Shown here: one piece after another, positions 59,663 to 64,000 of the stretch | Layout: every line of letters begins with the position of its first letter | Position numbering within the stretch: position 1 is the stretch's first letter | Assembly (NCBI GenBank): GCA_964342185.1 | Contig: CAYFER010000002.1 | Location: 92,946 to 156,945, forward strand | Direction: 5' to 3' | Origin: an uncultured Vicinamibacteraceae bacterium | Lineage (GTDB): Bacteria > Acidobacteriota > Vicinamibacteria > Vicinamibacterales > UBA8438 | DNA: 64,000 bases | Position numbers and translations under genes: made by a program | The notes under the pieces: generated by a model | Databases searched by the model: none | Seen by the model: the letters and a program-made list of their open reading frames with translations, nothing else | What the model was told of the DNA's origin: nothing

Positions 59663-61024
59663 CTAATTTTCCTTAACTTGAAGACGACCAACCTCTGCTT
59701 TGAATGCCCTCCCTCGCTCTGCATAGTCAGTAAACATGTCAAGACTGGCACACGCTGGTGCCAACAAAACCGTTCCTGATGGCCGCGCAACATCGAATGC
59801 CAGACGCACGGCATCGGCCAAATCATTTGCCTCCTCTAGTTCGATTAATCCGCCAAAAGCCTCTCTCAGCTGTGACCGGGATTCACCGATAGCGATCAAC
59901 GCCTTTACTCTGGTCTTTAGAACTGGCCTAAGGTCCTTCAAGTCACCGCCTTTGAACCGTCCGCCCATAATTACGACAAGGTCGTGGTCAAAACACTCCA
60001 TCGCAGCACGCGCCGATAAAATGTTCGTTGCCTTCGAGTCGTTAATAAACTGAACGCCAGCAACTTCGCCCACTGGCTCCAAGCTGTGAGCCAATCCGGT
60101 GAAAGACTCAACCGCTGCACACATTCCACGAGCCGAAATTCCCACGAAGGTGCCGACCGCCGCCGCCGCTAACACGTCACTCAGATGGTGCCGACCGGGC
60201 ACTCGAACTGCTGAAACCGGTAGAAGCACACGGTCACCAGACCCTGTTCGATGCGCGACAACATCGCCCGCTACTACGACTCCTTCAGCGAGCGATTGGC
60301 TCACGGCAAACATCAAACGCTTTGCTCGACTACGGCGGGCAACTTCAAGAACATGTGGATCGTCAGCGTTGATTACAATCGCGTCCGAACTCGTCTGATT
60401 CGCAAAGATTCTGGCTTTTGCATCAACGTACTCTTCGTAATTCGCATGACGGTCCAAGTGATCAGGAGACAAATTCAGAAGAACCGAAATCCATGGGCGA
60501 AACGTTTCCGTCAACTCCAATTGAAAGCTACTGGCCTCGACTACATGAATTAGGTCCGGTGATGACATTTCGACCTGGCTACTCAATGGGGGACCGAGAT
60601 TTCCGCCGACAAGCGCACGGCGACCATCGGCTTCTAACATGCGCCCCGTGAGAACAGTTGTTGTTGACTTCCCTTTTGTACCAGTCACCGCAACGACTCG
60701 ACCGCGCAACCACCGCGCAGCCAGCTCGATCTCGCTAATAACAGGAGTGCCCTGACGGCGAACGCGATCAATCGCCAAGAGTTTTGGCGATACTCCTGGA
60801 CTCAGAACGATCAACTCAGCACGCTGTAACGTCTCTTGGCGATGGCCGCCTAGTTCCAAAGTAATGCCAGATTTCCTTATCCGGTTCGCTCCAGCGATCG
60901 AGTCTTTAACATCAGTCAGAATGACTCGAGCGCCGCGTCGTACCAGCAGTTCAGCTGCGGCAACACCACTGTGGGCAGCTCCGACAACTACGACACGAAG
61001 TCCGTTAACTGAGTAATCACTCAT
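59663..61024 (-). CDS. murD: UDP-N-acetylmuramoylalanine--D-glutamate ligase
   Basis: VVVVGAAHSGVAAA Rossmann-like N-terminus, GTKGKSTT P-loop, and a Mur-ligase C-terminal domain. Confidence 0.93.
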   Translation of the reverse strand: MSDYSVNGLRVVVVGAAHSGVAAAELLVRRGARVILTDVKDSIAGANRIRKSGITLELGGHRQETLQRAELIVLSPGVSPKLLAIDRVRRQGTPVISEIELAARWLRGRVVAVTGTKGKSTTTVLTGRMLEADGRRALVGGNLGPPLSSQVEMSSPDLIHVVEASSFQLELTETFRPWISVLLNLSPDHLDRHANYEEYVDAKARIFANQTSSDAIVINADDPHVLEVARRSRAKRLMFAVSQSLAEGVVVAGDVVAHRTGSGDRVLLPVSAVRVPGRHHLSDVLAAAAVGTFVGISARGMCAAVESFTGLAHSLEPVGEVAGVQFINDSKATNILSARAAMECFDHDLVVIMGGRFKGGDLKDLRPVLKTRVKALIAIGESRSQLREAFGGLIELEEANDLADAVRLAFDVARPSGTVLLAPACASLDMFTDYAERGRAFKAEVGRLQVKEN

Positions 61025-61042
61025 ACTTACATTCCGTTTTGA

Positions 61043-62137
61043 TCAGCGAAGCTTCAACGTTGTCAAGCTAAACAATGCAAATACAATTGCCACGATCAAA
61101 AACCGAGTTATGACTTTAGGTTCGCTCCAGCCGATTAATTCGCAATGGTGATGCAACGGAGCCATCCGAAACACTCGTCGACCAGTCAATTTAAAGGCTC
61201 CAACCTGAACAATCACGGAAAGTGCCTCAAGAACAAAAACTGCTCCGACAATCGGTAAAAGCAACTCTTGCTTGATTAACAGCGCTACCGTTCCAAGAGC
61301 ACCCCCAAGCGCCAAAGAACCAACATCTCCCATAAACACATCGGCCGGGTAGGAGTTGTACCAAAGAAAACCAAGACCAGCACCAACCAGCGACCCGCAA
61401 AAAATCGTTAGCTCCGCTGCTGGTGAAAAACGTACGAGGAGTAGGTACTCCGCAAACACTGCGTGACCGGTAACGTAAGCCAAAGCCGTAAAAGCCACCG
61501 CCGCAACCGTAAAAATACTGATGGCAAGACCATCCAAGCCATCGGTCAGATTTACCGAGTTGGACGCTCCAACCAGTACAAGTATCGCGAAGGGAACATA
61601 AAGCCATCCCAAATCTGGCATCAAACCCTTGAAGAAAGGAAAGATTAACTGAGTGTTATACAGCCCACTCTCGCTAAGGGCCAATAGAGACAAACCGACA
61701 GCCGCAGATACGACACATTGCCAGAACAGTTTGTAGAGAGGGCGTAACCCGTGGTGGGATTTGTGAACCACTTTTAAGTAGTCGTCGGCGAAACCAATCA
61801 GTCCGAATGCAATTGTAGAAACTATGGCCACCCACACGTACTTGTTGCGGAGGTCTACCCAAAGTAATGTTGGAGTAATCGCCGCAAAAAGAATTAACAA
61901 GCCACCCATCGTCGGAGTTCCGGCCTTGGGCTCGTGCGTCTCAGGTCCGTCCCCACGAACAATCTGGCCGATTTGAAGACGTCGTAACAACCGAATAACC
62001 CACGGGCCGACAACAATGGAAAATAGAAACGCTGTAATGCTTGCCGCTGCTGTTCGGAACGTAATGTATTGGGTGACATTTAGTAGGGACAGGTCCTTAT
62101 GAAGTGGATAAAGTAAGTGATACAGCATCACCCACAC
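61043..62137 (-). CDS. mraY: Phospho-N-acetylmuramoyl-pentapeptide transferase
   Basis: KAGTPTMGG, NLTDGLDGLA, FMGDVGSLALGG and PLHHHCE motifs. Confidence 0.96.
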   Translation of the reverse strand: MWVMLYHLLYPLHKDLSLLNVTQYITFRTAAASITAFLFSIVVGPWVIRLLRRLQIGQIVRGDGPETHEPKAGTPTMGGLLILFAAITPTLLWVDLRNKYVWVAIVSTIAFGLIGFADDYLKVVHKSHHGLRPLYKLFWQCVVSAAVGLSLLALSESGLYNTQLIFPFFKGLMPDLGWLYVPFAILVLVGASNSVNLTDGLDGLAISIFTVAAVAFTALAYVTGHAVFAEYLLLVRFSPAAELTIFCGSLVGAGLGFLWYNSYPADVFMGDVGSLALGGALGTVALLIKQELLLPIVGAVFVLEALSVIVQVGAFKLTGRRVFRMAPLHHHCELIGWSEPKVITRFLIVAIVFALFSLTTLKLR

Positions 62138-63552
62138 TCCAACGTTAGGCGGTCTACAATTCGGTCAATGCCGATTCCGCGAGACCCCTTGACCAACACC
62201 AAATCACCGGATTGAATCAGTCCACCAATATGATTAGCTGCCTCCGCACTTGTGCTATACCTCAGGACGGAAGCACTGGGAAGTCCAGCTGCTATGGCCG
62301 CGTCAGCCAACGCATGTATAGGCTTTCCACCCACAACGAGTAAAATGTCAAATCTTCCAGAGACAACAAGGCGTCCACAATACCGATGTAACGCTTCTGA
62401 ACGCTCACCCAATTCGAGCATCTCTCCTAATACCGCTATCCGCCGACCACTGACCCGACTTTGTCCGACTGCAAACAGAACCCGTTCCAACGCCAAGGGA
62501 CTCGAATTGTATGAATCGTCAACGACTGTAATGTTTCCTAGACGGACAACTTGACCACGGTGGGGTTGTGCTTCGAAGCGCTTTACTCGGTCAAGGACCG
62601 TCTCCAGGGGAAGCTGAAACTGCAGCGCGACCGCAATTGCCGCCAAAACATTCGCGACACTGCCTTCGCCAAGCAACGGTGTCCGCAATGTGTGTGTACC
62701 TTGAACCGTTTCGACTTGAGCTTCCATTCCGTCTAAACCGAGGAAGCGTAGGCCCGTTGCTTGAATATTTGCGGGCACATCAACTCCGAATGTTGTGACC
62801 TCACCGGGAAAACTCTTGATGCGACTCATTACACGCGGGTCAGCAGCATTTACGATCAGATGGTGTTTCTCGGTAGCTCCTTCTAAAATTTCAGCTTTCG
62901 CGTCAGCAATCGCTTCAATCGACGAAAAGAACTGCGAATGAACCTCGGCTACGTTGGTCCACACTCGAATTTCAGGTTCCGCAATTTCAACAAGAGTTCG
63001 AATTTCCCCTGCGTGGTTCATGCCAAGTTCCACGACTGCTATTTCTGGTCGCCGGCGAAGCTCAAGTAGAGACAGTGGCAAACCTATGTGGTTATTTAGA
63101 TTTCCTTTCGTCCGACTCACGTCGAAACCATCCGTCAACACCGCCGCCATTAATTCCTTTGTGGTCGTTTTACCCACACTCCCAGTTATTGCCACGACGC
63201 GTGTACCCGAAGCTCGCCGTACAAAACGACCCATTAGCTGTAATGCACGCACTGAATCCGGCACTACGATCACAAAAGGTTTCTCTTCCTCCGATACCGC
63301 CGTATCCTGAAACTCCAGAATCGACTTATCGCTTACGATTAGCCCAGCTGCGCCTTTACTTACGGCCTCCCGAATAAAGTGGTGTCCGTCAAATCGCTGC
63401 CCACGAATTGCCACAAACAAATCACCGCTGCCAACACGCCGACTATCGATTACCACGCCACGAACTTCGACATATCGGTGTCCGACCATTAACTGGCCTC
63501 CGACAACCTCACTCAATTCCCCAGAGCGAAGAACAACTGGCGGCACCGTCAT
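62128..63552 (-). CDS. murF: UDP-N-acetylmuramoyl-tripeptide--D-alanyl-D-alanine ligase
   Basis: ITGSVGKTTTKE P-loop, VVELGMNHAGEI and DDSYNSSP motifs. Confidence 0.93.
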   Translation of the reverse strand: MTVPPVVLRSGELSEVVGGQLMVGHRYVEVRGVVIDSRRVGSGDLFVAIRGQRFDGHHFIREAVSKGAAGLIVSDKSILEFQDTAVSEEEKPFVIVVPDSVRALQLMGRFVRRASGTRVVAITGSVGKTTTKELMAAVLTDGFDVSRTKGNLNNHIGLPLSLLELRRRPEIAVVELGMNHAGEIRTLVEIAEPEIRVWTNVAEVHSQFFSSIEAIADAKAEILEGATEKHHLIVNAADPRVMSRIKSFPGEVTTFGVDVPANIQATGLRFLGLDGMEAQVETVQGTHTLRTPLLGEGSVANVLAAIAVALQFQLPLETVLDRVKRFEAQPHRGQVVRLGNITVVDDSYNSSPLALERVLFAVGQSRVSGRRIAVLGEMLELGERSEALHRYCGRLVVSGRFDILLVVGGKPIHALADAAIAAGLPSASVLRYSTSAEAANHIGGLIQSGDLVLVKGSRGIGIDRIVDRLTLECG

Positions 63553-63559
63553 CGACCTC

Positions 63560-64000
63560 TCATCCCACTCGCGAGTGAGACCGGCGACGGATCAACGCAT
63601 TACGTGCGACGGTCACATCTTCGAAAGGCACAATTGATGTTCCAATGACTTGATAACGTTCGTGGCCCTTACCTGCAACCACCACCAAATCGCCTGATCT
63701 GGCACTGCCAATCGCACCAACAATTGCTTGCTCTCGGTCGAATTCCACCTCCCACGGTGTATCGTCCTCAACTAAACCGCGCTCTATATCCTTAATAATT
63801 GACTCAGGATCCTCTGAGCGTGGGTTGTCGGAAGTTAGAATCACGCGGTCGCTTAACCGTGCGGCGACAGCCCCCATCAACGGTCGCTTCGTTGTGTCTC
63901 GGTCGCCACCACATCCAAAAACAGTTATCAGCCGCCCCTTCGCGAATTGACGCGCCGTCTCGAGTAAACCTTTCAGAGCATCATCTGTATGGGCAAAATC
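63560..64000 (-). CDS. murE: UDP-N-acetylmuramoyl-L-alanyl-D-glutamate--2,6-diaminopimelate ligase, C-terminal part (truncated by window edge)
   Basis: The reading frame is open to the window end. My translation of 63881-64000 gives [43 protein letters not shown], which continues into the track ORF. The TTG shown as M in the track is an internal Leu. Confidence 0.9.
   Translation of the reverse strand, partial: [146 protein letters not shown]

Noticed and set aside
59545-59826. ORFs 59545..59826 (-) and 59561..59779 (+) spanning the murD 3' end and the inverted-repeat element
   Set aside because: They overlap the well-supported murD C-terminus in other frames. They have no SD or family resemblance, and their existence is explained by the stop-free IR element.

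Overview
The window looks like a chromosomal, mostly housekeeping segment of a diderm (Gram-negative type) bacterium at roughly 50% GC. lptD, TonB-ExbBD and SecDF-YajC support the diderm call. The domain architectures (HEAT-cyclophilin, CarboxypepD_reg-TPR, ExbB-ExbD-ExbD-TPR) are vaguely Acidobacteriota-like, but I cannot confirm taxonomy without a search.

Gene content, in order:
- a tonB-exbB-exbD-exbD-TPR lipoprotein operon
- a membrane pyrophosphatase, a DUF502 protein and uppP
- secDF-yajC-tgt
- ddl
- two tiny lysine-rich genes that are absent from the ORF track
- a HEAT-cyclophilin lipoprotein
- dNK-accD-folC-lptD, running directly into a dTDP-sugar cluster
- a decayed radical-SAM gene remnant
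- an overlapping pair of a polytopic membrane protein (with a Cys-rich Sel1-like tail) and an FGE-domain protein
- htpX, an M20 peptidase, thiC, rpiB-glyA, dinG and yggS
- lepA-lepB, citrate synthase and a processive GT2
- larB-mutS2-dnaG-rpoD followed by a tRNA(CAT)
- a zinc-ribbon coiled-coil gene followed by an RNase HI-AcpS fusion
- a dcw cluster: murE(partial)-murF-mraY-murD-ftsW-murG-murC-ftsQ-ftsA-ftsZ

I saw no CRISPR array, transposase, integrase, or recognisable defence or toxin-antitoxin module. No clear-cut novel multi-gene system is evident. The candidates most worth a second look are:
1. the tandem (A/T/V)AKKK-repeat micro-proteins (13.3-13.8 kb)
2. the RnfD-like/Cx7C-Sel1 membrane protein plus FGE-domain pair (25.2-27.8 kb)
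3. the RNase HI-AcpS fusion (51.3-52.2 kb)
4. a perfect 23-bp inverted repeat inserted between murD and ftsW (59.5 kb)
5. a structured, terminator-capped 230-nt spacer after the tRNA (50.35-50.6 kb)

All functional calls rest on my reading of the translated ORFs (motifs and family resemblance). No database search was run.
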